64,000 nt of DNA from a virus (lineage: Duplodnaviria > Caudoviricetes). The translations under genes were made by a program, and so were the position numbers. Numbering within the stretch: position 1 is the stretch's first letter; every line of letters begins with the position of its first letter. Shown here one piece after another: positions 10,342 through 18,847 of the stretch. The DNA lies in IMG/VR virus record IMGVR_UViG_3300035180_001680, one strand, 5' to 3'. The notes beneath the pieces were generated by a model. The model saw only the letters and a program-made list of their open reading frames with translations, was not told the DNA's origin and made no database searches.

Positions 10342-10366
10342 AATAAGGGCTCGAAAGCCCTTATTT
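10341..10366. terminator. Bidirectional intrinsic terminator
   Basis: aaataagggc-tcgaaa-gcccttattt between convergent genes. Confidence 0.85.
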
Positions 10367-10372
10367 AACTAA

Positions 10373-10558
10373 TTACAATATTTCAACAGTTGCTCCTGAA
10401 AGTTTTCCAATTGATTGTGGTTCTGCAGAATCTGTCATATTAGTTTCAACATCAAAGGTTACCCTAAGGGCGGTATGTCCTTGGTGAACTCTAATATAAT
10501 CCGCAATTGCTCTACTAATTTGTTGAGTTGATAATTTTATTAATTTGTCTTCATTCAT
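10373..10558 (-). CDS. Hypothetical protein
   Basis: Short ORF translationally coupled to the upstream gene. Confidence 0.55.
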   Translation of the reverse strand: MNEDKLIKLSTQQISRAIADYIRVHQGHTALRVTFDVETNMTDSAEPQSIGKLSGATVEIL

Positions 10559-10825
10559 TTATGTTCTCCATGATTTCCCAATTAGTTGCTAATATATCAA
10601 TTTGAGTTATCGTCCAAGTACTAATAGTTCCAGATGGTGTCCGTACGTCAATGTGCGGAAGATAATCAATTGTTGTTCCTTCTGGGTAAATTCCTAACAA
10701 AGGTGGGCGGTTTACTTGAAAAGTGCTTCCATACACCAAGAATATAAACATTCCAGTTCCCCTCCAAACCTCTCTTCTTGCTTTTTTCCATCTTTAATTT
10801 CTAAAAGTATCTGACTAAAATCCAC
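10551..10825 (-). pseudogene. tad2: DUF2829 / Tad2-family anti-defence sponge, split by a -1 frameshift at GGA AAA AAG
   Basis: 10551-10751 encodes MFIFLVYGSTFQVNRPPLLGIYPEG...HID...WTITQIDILATNW. The upstream frame from GTG 10825 (GAGGAG RBS) gives MDFSQILLEIKDGKK; adding one base restores ARREVWRGTG-MF. Confidence 0.75.
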
Positions 10826-10902
10826 ATTTCACTCCTCAATTGTTTATTTAATACAGAAGATTATATTGTATAATATAATTAAACATAGTTCAAGAGGAAT
10901 AG

Positions 10903-11136
10903 ATGAAATATTATGCGGGGATAGGGTCAAGAGAAACACCAACTCAAATGCTTAAAGATATGACAACGTTTGCTACATTACTCCGTTTAGGGGGATACAC
11001 ATTAAGGAGTGGTGCCGCACCAGGTGCAGATGCAGCAACAGGTGTAGCACCAAACGAATACCGTTCGGGTATAGAGGGAACGCATTGTGTTTTGGATATT
11101 ACTCGAGAAGGTGAAGAGTATATTGTCCATTTTTAG
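10903..11136 (+). pseudogene. Truncated SLOG/DprA-like phage protein
   Basis: MKYYAGIGSRETP...YTLRSGAAPGADAA is a typical N-terminus; similarity stops abruptly after it. Confidence 0.55.
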
Positions 11137-11284
11137 TTCAAAGTATGGAATGCAAACCGACGTGTTTGGGCGCCCAGGTTCGAAGTTCAAACTTGGACCT
11201 CAAAATATTACCAGAGGTCACGCAGTTATGGTATTTGATTGGCAGAAGAGGCCGGGGGTTGTTTAAAATTATTTAACCTTCTGT

Positions 11285-11312
11285 TGACTTTAGACTAAAT
11301 AATAGTATGATA
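11285..11312 (+). promoter_or_regulatory. Sigma70-like early promoter
   Basis: TTGACT-16 nt-TATGAT. Confidence 0.55.
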
Positions 11313-11369
11313 AATTATCAAGTGAAGCGACAGACGTTTCATTATCAATAACCAGATAAGGAGCTTATC

Positions 11370-11627
11370 ATGGAAAAACAAAATAAAGTTACACCTCAGT
11401 TTGTTGAATTTCTTAGACGCACAGTAGAACAAAAGCGTTTAGACGCTGGTTATAGTGGTTCATGGGGTGACAATGGAGCTAGTGATTTAGAAGTTCAAAT
11501 CGAAATCTATTTTCATGGAATGGTAAATAGTTTCCCGCATCAATGGGACGACTACTATAAAGCATACATGAAAGAAACAGACCCAGAATATGAGAAATAT
11601 TTGGAATTGAAAGAAAGATTTGAGTAG
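11370..11627 (+). CDS. Hypothetical protein
   Basis: ORF with AAGGAG RBS. Confidence 0.7.
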   Translation: MEKQNKVTPQFVEFLRRTVEQKRLDAGYSGSWGDNGASDLEVQIEIYFHGMVNSFPHQWDDYYKAYMKETDPEYEKYLELKERFE

Positions 11628-11709
11628 TTGATTTTTTGAAGTAACTGCAGTAACGTAATAAAAATTGATTCGATAGACGAATCAATCAATCTTTGATAAG
11701 GAGTTTATC

Positions 11710-13170
11710 ATGTTGGAACTTGTAAAACCATTTAATTTCATTCTTGCTGTCGATTCGTATAAAGCTGGTCACTATCTTGAACTTCCTCCGGAAACTGAAT
11801 ACACTTATTCAGCAATTGTTCCACGTAAATCAAGTAGTTACGCTACAGAAATTGTTGCGATGGGTCAAACATTCGTAGCTAACATTCTGGCTAAGGTTCG
11901 CATTACGATGGATATGATCGATGAAGCAGAAATTGAAATCACTGAACAGGGGTATCGTTTTAACCGTCGGGATTGGGAGATGATTGTTCAAGAGTTTGAC
12001 GGTCGCCTTCCAATTGCAATGTATGCAGTTGAGGAAGGGCGAGTAGTTAAACCTCAAACTCCTGTAATGGGGTTGGTTAACACCCATCCACGGTTTGCTT
12101 GGCTTCCTGCTTATGTTGAAAGTTGGGTTCAAGGAACCGTGTGGAAGATGTCCACTGTTGCATCGATCTGCCGCCGTGCACGACAAATTTTTAAAGATCG
12201 TATGGAACGAACAGGTTCCAATATGGCGATGTTAGATTACAAACTTCACAATTTCGGTGACCGAGCAGCTGGTTCTCCAGAAGAAGCTGTGGTTATTGCT
12301 GGTATTGCACATGCTACATCTTTTAGTGGTAGTGACAGTCTACGAACCAATAGTTATATTAAAAAACTATATCGTACATCAAAGGCGTATTTGTCTTCTG
12401 TTGAAGCGTTTGAACACAGTACAATTTGTGCAAACTCTAATGCAGAAACAAAAGATGACTTCGGGGCTGCAGTTGTAGCTGTGGAACGCTTGAAAGATGT
12501 GGTCAATACTGCCAAAAACGGAATTGGTATTCCTGTGGTAAGTGTGGTCATTGACACATACGATGATGAACGGTTTGTTGGTGAGTACCTTGGAACAATT
12601 CTCAAAGACGAGATTGTCAATAGTGGTGGAATGATGGTTGTGCGTCCTGACAGTGGAGATCCAACCGTCCAACCCGGAATCATCGGAAATATATTGGCAG
12701 AAAAATTTGGTTATACTGTAAACGAGGCTGGATACAAAGTTCTTTCTCCGACAGTTGGTGTTCTTCAAGGTGATGGTATTCGAATCAGTACTCTAGAGAG
12801 TGTGATCGACGGATGGATCGCCGCTGGTTTCAGTGTTGATAACTTTCTCACTGGAATGGGAAGTGGAACCACGAACGACTGCCAACGCGATGACTTCAGT
12901 TGGAGTATGAAGGCTATTGCAAATCAGGTGAATGGAACTTGGCATCGATTACTCAAAGATCCGAAAACTGACTCTGGTAAAAAATCTCTTTCGGGTTTGA
13001 TTCGTTGTCGTGAAAACGAGAAGGGTGAATTGGAAGTGTTTGATGCTCTAATCGAAGGTATTCACAGGTTTGAACATTCAGAGCCAGGTTGGAGACTTTG
13101 GTCGAGGGACGGATATCAGACGTTCAGTCAAAGTTTTGATGAGGTCCGAGCACGTGCTCAGGTTGATTAA
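11710..13170 (+). CDS. nadV: Nicotinamide phosphoribosyltransferase (NadV/Nampt)
   Basis: LAVDSYKAGHY, LHNFGDR, AFEHST, VIDTYD, VVRPDSGDP, LQGDGI, GMGSG, KDPKTDSGKKSLSG. Confidence 0.93.
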   Translation: MLELVKPFNFILAVDSYKAGHYLELPPETEYTYSAIVPRKSSSYATEIVAMGQTFVANILAKVRITMDMIDEAEIEITEQGYRFNRRDWEMIVQEFDGRLPIAMYAVEEGRVVKPQTPVMGLVNTHPRFAWLPAYVESWVQGTVWKMSTVASICRRARQIFKDRMERTGSNMAMLDYKLHNFGDRAAGSPEEAVVIAGIAHATSFSGSDSLRTNSYIKKLYRTSKAYLSSVEAFEHSTICANSNAETKDDFGAAVVAVERLKDVVNTAKNGIGIPVVSVVIDTYDDERFVGEYLGTILKDEIVNSGGMMVVRPDSGDPTVQPGIIGNILAEKFGYTVNEAGYKVLSPTVGVLQGDGIRISTLESVIDGWIAAGFSVDNFLTGMGSGTTNDCQRDDFSWSMKAIANQVNGTWHRLLKDPKTDSGKKSLSGLIRCRENEKGELEVFDALIEGIHRFEHSEPGWRLWSRDGYQTFSQSFDEVRARAQVD

Positions 13171-13204
13171 ACAAAAGTAATTTTAACATTTAGGAGTGAA
13201 AATC

Positions 13205-13882
13205 ATGATGAAAAATATGTTCAATAGCAATAAGTTGATGGATCGTTTCTTTAAGAGAGTTGATAATGTAGTTTGGGATTTGATGTCCGGAAAAGTGGGC
13301 ATTCAAACTGCTGACGGTATCGTCACTGTTGACGGCGAAGGTGATGATGCGCAACCGGTACTGAATTTGTTTGATCAGTTCGGTGTGCCAGTTCCCGCAT
13401 TTGCACAAAACACACCGATTGACTCGGTTAATGTTGGGGACCTGATTTATAGTGCAAAAGGAACCACAGGTTGGGTCGTTGAAAAGCTGCCAAAAGGTTT
13501 CAAAATTCTCAAGGCTGATGGCACTCGTACGTCGTTTATCCCGCCGAAGGTTGCAATGTTGGGATTCGATTCAGGTGTGATGGTTCTTCGTAGTCTGATG
13601 AATATGCTGCCTGGTGGTAACACTGGACTGCAAGGTATGCAAAGCATGTTGCTTCCCATGATGATGATGGGTGGGGATGGTATGGACATGGAAAGCATGA
13701 TGCCGATGATCTTGATGTCGCAAATGGGCGCTGGTGTGACGGCTGCTGATGGAACTACCGCTCCTGCAATGGGTGGAATGGGACAAATGTTGCCAATGAT
13801 GATGATGATGGGTATGATGAGCAAGAACAAGGATGGAAGTGGGAAAAACCCGATGAGCAACTTTTTTGACCGTGACAAGTAA
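13205..13882 (+). CDS. Hypothetical protein with Met/Gly-rich C-terminus
   Basis: ORF with GGAG RBS; MMMM runs; locally higher GC. Confidence 0.75.
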   Translation: MMKNMFNSNKLMDRFFKRVDNVVWDLMSGKVGIQTADGIVTVDGEGDDAQPVLNLFDQFGVPVPAFAQNTPIDSVNVGDLIYSAKGTTGWVVEKLPKGFKILKADGTRTSFIPPKVAMLGFDSGVMVLRSLMNMLPGGNTGLQGMQSMLLPMMMMGGDGMDMESMMPMILMSQMGAGVTAADGTTAPAMGGMGQMLPMMMMMGMMSKNKDGSGKNPMSNFFDRDK

Positions 13883-13893
13883 GGAGAACGACT

Positions 13894-14781
13894 ATGGGAC
13901 GCGGACGATGGGATGAAGATAGTAGGACCGCATACAGGTCTTTTGCAGATACTGCATCTGCAACAAAAAATGTGAGGGATGTATACACGAGCCGATCAAT
14001 CAACAAAGATCTTGATCCTAAGGGTGTGTTGGTTCGCGAAAGTTGTGATAGTGAAGAAAACCCGAAATCCAGGCCAATCATCATCGGTTTGGATGTGACC
14101 GGATCGATGGGTGTAATTGCTCACGAGATGGCGAAAGAGGGTCTTGGAACTTTGATTGAAGGGATCATTGACACGAAACCTGTTGAAGATCCACACATCA
14201 TGTTTATGGCAATTGGTGACGAAATCTATGACTCGTCTCCTCTTCAAGTATCACAGTTTGAGCCCGATATTCGTATCGTGCAGCAACTGAAGGACATCTT
14301 CGTTGAAGGTGGCGGTGGTGGAAATGATGTCGAAGGTTACCACCTCCCTTGGTACTTCGCGGCAACCCGCACGAAGATCGACAGCTTTGACAAGCGTGGT
14401 GAGAAGGGGTACCTGTTCACGATCGGTGATGAGAATCCTCCGAAGCAACTGGAAAAGCGAAACATTGAACGAATCTTCGGTATGACTGAACAAGCCGACA
14501 TCAGTTCGGAAGATCTGTTGGCTCGTGCTGAAGAAAAGTACTTCGTGTTTCACATCATTGTGGAACAAGGAAACTTTGCCAAGCGTGCCCTGCCTGCAGT
14601 GAAGGCTGCTTGGGGTAAGTTGCTCGGAAAGCGCGCCATTTGTCTTTCTGATTACAACCACCTTTCCCAAGTGATTCTGTCTGCAATGCAAGTATCCGAG
14701 GGGGCAGATCCTGAAGAAGTTGTGGCGTCGTGGCAAGATGCTGGTGTTCGTAAAACTGTGAAACACGCGTTGTTTGATTGA
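13894..14781 (+). CDS. vWA-domain protein
   Basis: MIDAS-like GLDVTGSMG, MAIGD, GGGGGN..E.Y, YLFTIGDE. Confidence 0.85.
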   Translation: MGRGRWDEDSRTAYRSFADTASATKNVRDVYTSRSINKDLDPKGVLVRESCDSEENPKSRPIIIGLDVTGSMGVIAHEMAKEGLGTLIEGIIDTKPVEDPHIMFMAIGDEIYDSSPLQVSQFEPDIRIVQQLKDIFVEGGGGGNDVEGYHLPWYFAATRTKIDSFDKRGEKGYLFTIGDENPPKQLEKRNIERIFGMTEQADISSEDLLARAEEKYFVFHIIVEQGNFAKRALPAVKAAWGKLLGKRAICLSDYNHLSQVILSAMQVSEGADPEEVVASWQDAGVRKTVKHALFD

Positions 14782-14803
14782 TTGTTTCATTTATGGTAGT
14801 GAT

Positions 14804-14830
14804 CAAGAAAGCCGCTTAGCGGCTTTCTTG
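14804..14830. terminator. Intrinsic terminator (perfect inverted repeat)
   Basis: caagaaagccgc-tta-gcggctttcttg. Confidence 0.85.
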
Positions 14831-14896
14831 TTGACTCTATGTATAGTTCACTGTAGGATTCCCACATCTGTAACAAATCCAAAGAGAGTTTAACAC

Positions 14897-17419
14897 ATGA
14901 AAGCACAGATAGTAATTGGGGCAAATTTCGGAGACGAAGGGAAAGGTGGCACAGTTGATTATCTTGCTTCCCAAGTTGATAATACGATTGTTGTTCGGTT
15001 TAATGGAGGCTCTCAGGCAGGACATTGTCAAACTGGAGATACTTTAATCACAACTCAGTTTGGACTTAAATATATTAAAGATGTTGTGGGAAATATTACT
15101 AACAGCGATGTAAGTTTTCCGCTAATTAATATGAACGGAGATATTGAACACACGAGTTGGCTGTTCACCGAACACTCAAAACAAGTAAACCGAATAACCC
15201 TTCAAAATGGAGTAGTACTTAAAGGGACTCATGCACACAAATACTATGTTTGGAATGGGAATACTGCTCAACTTGAGTGGGTTAAAATAGGAGATTTAAA
15301 CCCAAATGTCCACCAATTTATAGTTCCAAGATATTTCGACCAATATTTGGGTGTTATTCCTAACATTCAGTACGTTCAATCAGAAACTGATCATGTTCAC
15401 AATAAACGAAAGATTGATGTTGATATTATCGATCTTGAATTTTTAGCTTTTTTAACTGGAATTATTAATGGAGATGGACATTATGCTTCTCATGGAAGCC
15501 GAATTTCGATCCAATGTCACATTTCTCAACAGGACACAATTGATTATGTTGTTTCTGCGTTGACACTCATGAACATTCCTGTAAAAACACAGTCCCATCA
15601 TTCGAGTGACCAATGTATTACTATTGCGTTTGAGAGTAGTGACCTTATTAACATTTTACGAGACCAATTGGGGGTTGCAATTACAACTGGTGTTAACAAG
15701 TGTACCCCAAAGTTTGTATTACAGGGTACCAGAGGTATAATTCGTAGTTATATACGAGGTTTGTTTGACGCAGACGGAACTATTAAATTTCATAAACAAA
15801 AAACAACCACATATGGTCAAATTGGGTTTTCTAACATATCTTGGGAACTGGTGTCAGAGGTCCAACAATTGCTGTATTTATTTGGAATTCACTCAAAAGT
15901 TATAACAAATAAATTAAATAAAAAGCGGTCAAATTGTCAACGATCGTATGATTTAATTATTGCATCATATGATGCTATTGAATTGTTTGCACAAAACATA
16001 GGATTCCAGTCTGATATTAAAAACAATAAAGTGGTTGAGTTGTTGGCGTATAAACAAAACGCAAATAGTAATTGTAACACCAAAGGATATGTACTTAAAG
16101 TCCCCCCAAATATCAAAAAGGCAATATATAAACAACTAAATTGTGTATGTCATGATAGTGAAGGAATCCGAACTGGGTTTGTGGTCAACGAAAAGATTGA
16201 AAATTTTGAAAATATTGTAAACGTAGCAACGAACTATCATATAATCAATATTGAATCTGTTGACATGAATTTTAGTATCGAACAGGTATATGATGTTACG
16301 ATGCCTATAACACATAGTTATATTGCCAATGGATGTATATCTCATAACACAGTAGAAACTCCCGAAGGCCTTCGTCATGTGTTCCATCATTTTGGATCAG
16401 GGACATTAATTGGAAAACCGACATATCTGTCAAGGTTTTTTGTCGTGGACCCAGTTGCTTTCTATTCTGAGCATAATTCTTTTAATCATAAGGGAATCAA
16501 GCCAAAAGTATTTGTTGATGTGAATGCCTATCTTGTAACTCCATTTGATGTAGCAATCAATCAAACTGTTGAACGCGCTCGTGGAGAACGTAAACATGGA
16601 AGTTGTGGGTTTGGAATCAATGAAACTGTTGAGCGCAATACGACTCGAGCATTTCCTGGGTTTGGTACAACTGTTGCTGATATTCTTAATCCAGACGAAC
16701 TTCGTAAGAAATTAAAACAAATTCGAGATGATTATACACAAAGCCGCCTTGAACAACTTGGGGTTGCATGTGGTGCTCTTGATGAGTTTTATATGTTTGT
16801 TGAAGCAATCGAATGGTTCATTGATCGGTGTATGTATATGCTGGAAAACATAACCACAGTTACCAACCCGGAGTTCCTACACAACTACGATACGGTTGTT
16901 TTTGAAGGTGCGCAGGGATTGTTGCTTGATGAATTTCACCACTGGTTTCCTCATGTAACTCGGTCAAGGACAGGTGTGTTCAACGCTTGTGAAATTTTGA
17001 AAGAGATTGGAGTTCATGAAGCCGAAGTGTTCTATATCACTCGGTCGTACCTGACAAGACACGGAGCAGGGCCCTTGCCGTTTGAAGTAGATGGACCAAT
17101 CTATGAAGGAATTATTGATAATACGAACGTTCCCAATGAACACCAAGGAACGTTGCGGTATGCACCACTGAACTTTGATTTGTTGGAAGAAAGTATCATC
17201 AATGATTTGGAAACAGTGGCAGGTGTTAGATTGAGTCCGAAACTTGTTGTTACGTGCATGAACCAACTTCCTGAAAAAGTTAAGTATGTAGAAGACGGTG
17301 AAGTGGTCACTGGATGTAAATTTGATTTGATTTACAACCTTTCGTCTTTTGGTAAAAAATTTGATTCGGTGCTGTTGTCGTATAGTCCAACCAGGAATTT
17401 AATGTCCAGATTGGTGTAA
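14897..17419 (+). CDS. purA: Adenylosuccinate synthetase-like protein containing an intein
   Basis: GANFGDEGKG, RFNGGSQAGH|T, FEGAQGLLLD, VTRSRTG, TRSYLTRHGAGP. Confidence 0.85.
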   Translation: MKAQIVIGANFGDEGKGGTVDYLASQVDNTIVVRFNGGSQAGHCQTGDTLITTQFGLKYIKDVVGNITNSDVSFPLINMNGDIEHTSWLFTEHSKQVNRITLQNGVVLKGTHAHKYYVWNGNTAQLEWVKIGDLNPNVHQFIVPRYFDQYLGVIPNIQYVQSETDHVHNKRKIDVDIIDLEFLAFLTGIINGDGHYASHGSRISIQCHISQQDTIDYVVSALTLMNIPVKTQSHHSSDQCITIAFESSDLINILRDQLGVAITTGVNKCTPKFVLQGTRGIIRSYIRGLFDADGTIKFHKQKTTTYGQIGFSNISWELVSEVQQLLYLFGIHSKVITNKLNKKRSNCQRSYDLIIASYDAIELFAQNIGFQSDIKNNKVVELLAYKQNANSNCNTKGYVLKVPPNIKKAIYKQLNCVCHDSEGIRTGFVVNEKIENFENIVNVATNYHIINIESVDMNFSIEQVYDVTMPITHSYIANGCISHNTVETPEGLRHVFHHFGSGTLIGKPTYLSRFFVVDPVAFYSEHNSFNHKGIKPKVFVDVNAYLVTPFDVAINQTVERARGERKHGSCGFGINETVERNTTRAFPGFGTTVADILNPDELRKKLKQIRDDYTQSRLEQLGVACGALDEFYMFVEAIEWFIDRCMYMLENITTVTNPEFLHNYDTVVFEGAQGLLLDEFHHWFPHVTRSRTGVFNACEILKEIGVHEAEVFYITRSYLTRHGAGPLPFEVDGPIYEGIIDNTNVPNEHQGTLRYAPLNFDLLEESIINDLETVAGVRLSPKLVVTCMNQLPEKVKYVEDGEVVTGCKFDLIYNLSSFGKKFDSVLLSYSPTRNLMSRLV
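15026..16348 (+). mobile_element. Intein (441 aa) with LAGLIDADG homing endonuclease
   Basis: Starts CQTGDTLI, ends YIANGCISHN followed by Thr; LTGIINGDG and IRGLFDADG motifs. Confidence 0.93.
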
Positions 17420-17421
17420 TC

Positions 17422-17742
17422 ATGAGCAACGTATTGAAATTTCCAACACCAGCGGATATTGTGACCCAACGTCGGGAAGATGTAAAGACGTTATGTGGAT
17501 ACATTGAGCAATATGCATCCACAATTGACTCCAGTGAAGCCTTCAGAATTTCTACTACTGTAGTAGATGAACTGGAAGATCGATATAACAAAATAAGGGG
17601 TTGGGAGAACATGACTCTTAGTGAGTCAATTGAGTTGCTTCTTGAATTTCATAAAGAGCTGAAGACAAAAATGCTAATCGATTTGCTGACGTTGGAAGTA
17701 TTGAAGAGCAATGTTCAACGCGTCGTTGCTTCTAAAGAATAG
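17422..17742 (+). CDS. Hypothetical protein
   Basis: ORF immediately after purA. Confidence 0.65.
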   Translation: MSNVLKFPTPADIVTQRREDVKTLCGYIEQYASTIDSSEAFRISTTVVDELEDRYNKIRGWENMTLSESIELLLEFHKELKTKMLIDLLTLEVLKSNVQRVVASKE

Positions 17743-17802
17743 TGTAAAAATACTACATCATCTTCTGAGCTTAAATACCCTTTTACCCACTAAAATTGCA
17801 TG

Positions 17803-17831
17803 TTGACATAGATATTTTAATAATATATACT
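17803..17831 (+). promoter_or_regulatory. Strong sigma70-like promoter upstream of the riboswitch
   Basis: TTGACA-17 nt-TATACT. Confidence 0.8.
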
Positions 17832-17883
17832 TGTGTCAGATGTTAGAAATTTAGTTCTGACATTGAACTAAAAAGAAAAAGAA

Positions 17884-17975
17884 AGTTCTTGTAAAGGGCA
17901 AACCAATTCGAAAGATTGGGACGCAAAGTAACCCGGCCTAAAGAGAAATCCATGGCAGCGGAACTACCTGGAATC
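17884..17975 (+). ncRNA. c-di-GMP-I (GEMM) riboswitch aptamer
   Basis: AGGGCAAACCAATTCGAAAGATTGGGACGCAAAG..CCGGCCTAAA..ATGGCAGCGG..CTACC closely matches the Vibrio Vc2 aptamer from memory; GAAA tetraloop and receptor present; G at the position-20 equivalent. Confidence 0.92.
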
Positions 17976-18014
17976 TTCTTAGATGTAACACTAATCTAAT
18001 TGGAGATCCAAAAA

Positions 18015-18773
18015 ATGAAAAAAACCCTTATTGCTCTTGCTCTTGCTTCAATCTCTACTGCTGCCTTTGCTACTGGTTCCGACGCTACTGTTTATGCAAA
18101 TAGTCAAACGTCTACCTATGCCCAAGCTGGTAATGGTGGTACTTCCCATTCAACTGCTGGCAACTTTGCAGTTGGCGCTGGCGACACCGATTCTAATGTT
18201 CGTCGTGGGATGTTGTCCGTTACCGTTCCCAACTGTAACGTTCCAACCACAGCTACTGTGTTTGGTGATGTCACTACAGTAACTGGTGAAGCATCCACTA
18301 TGGGTGGCTCGTTTGCTAAGAACGTTTCTACAGGAAACGGTACTGGTGAAGCCCACGCACTTGGTGTAGCTGTTTCCGACGTAGCTAAAACACGTAATGG
18401 TGTTGGTGGAACTGCAAGCGCGTTGACCAAAACTTGGGCAAATGCCGGAACTGATCAAAGTCACTCGTCTTTTGCTTCACAAAGCGCCAACTTCGAAGCA
18501 CAGGGTGCAACTGGTTTGTTGATTGTTACCCACGACGAGACCGCCAGCATCCATCACCACACCGTCACTATTCCTCACGTTGACTACGTTGGAGTTGGTG
18601 CTGCATCCACTGGTACCTCTGACGTTCCTGCTGCACATCAGGTGTATAGCTTGAGCAACGGTGGTTGCCACGGTGGTTGCCAAACTGGTCCAGGTAATGA
18701 TGATGCTGGTAGCTACACCAATGCGAACGCAACTACACTGACTAACGTTACCTACGGCAACATTCCTCAGTAA
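18015..18773 (+). CDS. Secreted Ala/Gly/Thr/Ser-rich protein
   Basis: Signal peptide MKKTLIALALASISTAAFA; GGAG RBS; low-complexity mature region. Confidence 0.8.
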   Translation: MKKTLIALALASISTAAFATGSDATVYANSQTSTYAQAGNGGTSHSTAGNFAVGAGDTDSNVRRGMLSVTVPNCNVPTTATVFGDVTTVTGEASTMGGSFAKNVSTGNGTGEAHALGVAVSDVAKTRNGVGGTASALTKTWANAGTDQSHSSFASQSANFEAQGATGLLIVTHDETASIHHHTVTIPHVDYVGVGAASTGTSDVPAAHQVYSLSNGGCHGGCQTGPGNDDAGSYTNANATTLTNVTYGNIPQ

Positions 18774-18791
18774 TAGTTAAGTTGACTGAAT

Positions 18792-18818
18792 TACTATGCG
18801 TGGTAACCACGCATAGTA
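18792..18818. repeat. Perfect 27-bp inverted repeat between operon genes 1 and 2
   Basis: tactatgcgtggt-a-accacgcatagta; no U-tract. Confidence 0.8.
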
Positions 18819-18847
18819 CAACAATTCCATCAAAAAGGAAAAAGTAA

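Noticed and set aside
11150-11230. tRNA-like sequence (ggttcgaagttcaaa)
   Set aside because: No acceptor stem, D-arm or anticodon arm can be built.
14897-17419. PurZ / 2-aminoadenine (Z-genome) pathway
   Set aside because: The enzyme keeps the PurA-type Asp in GDEGKG rather than the PurZ Ser, and no DatZ or MazZ partner is recognisable in the window.
17884-17975. cGAMP-specific GEMM-Ib riboswitch
   Set aside because: The discriminating position equivalent to Vc2 nucleotide 20 is G, not A; still needs a binding test.
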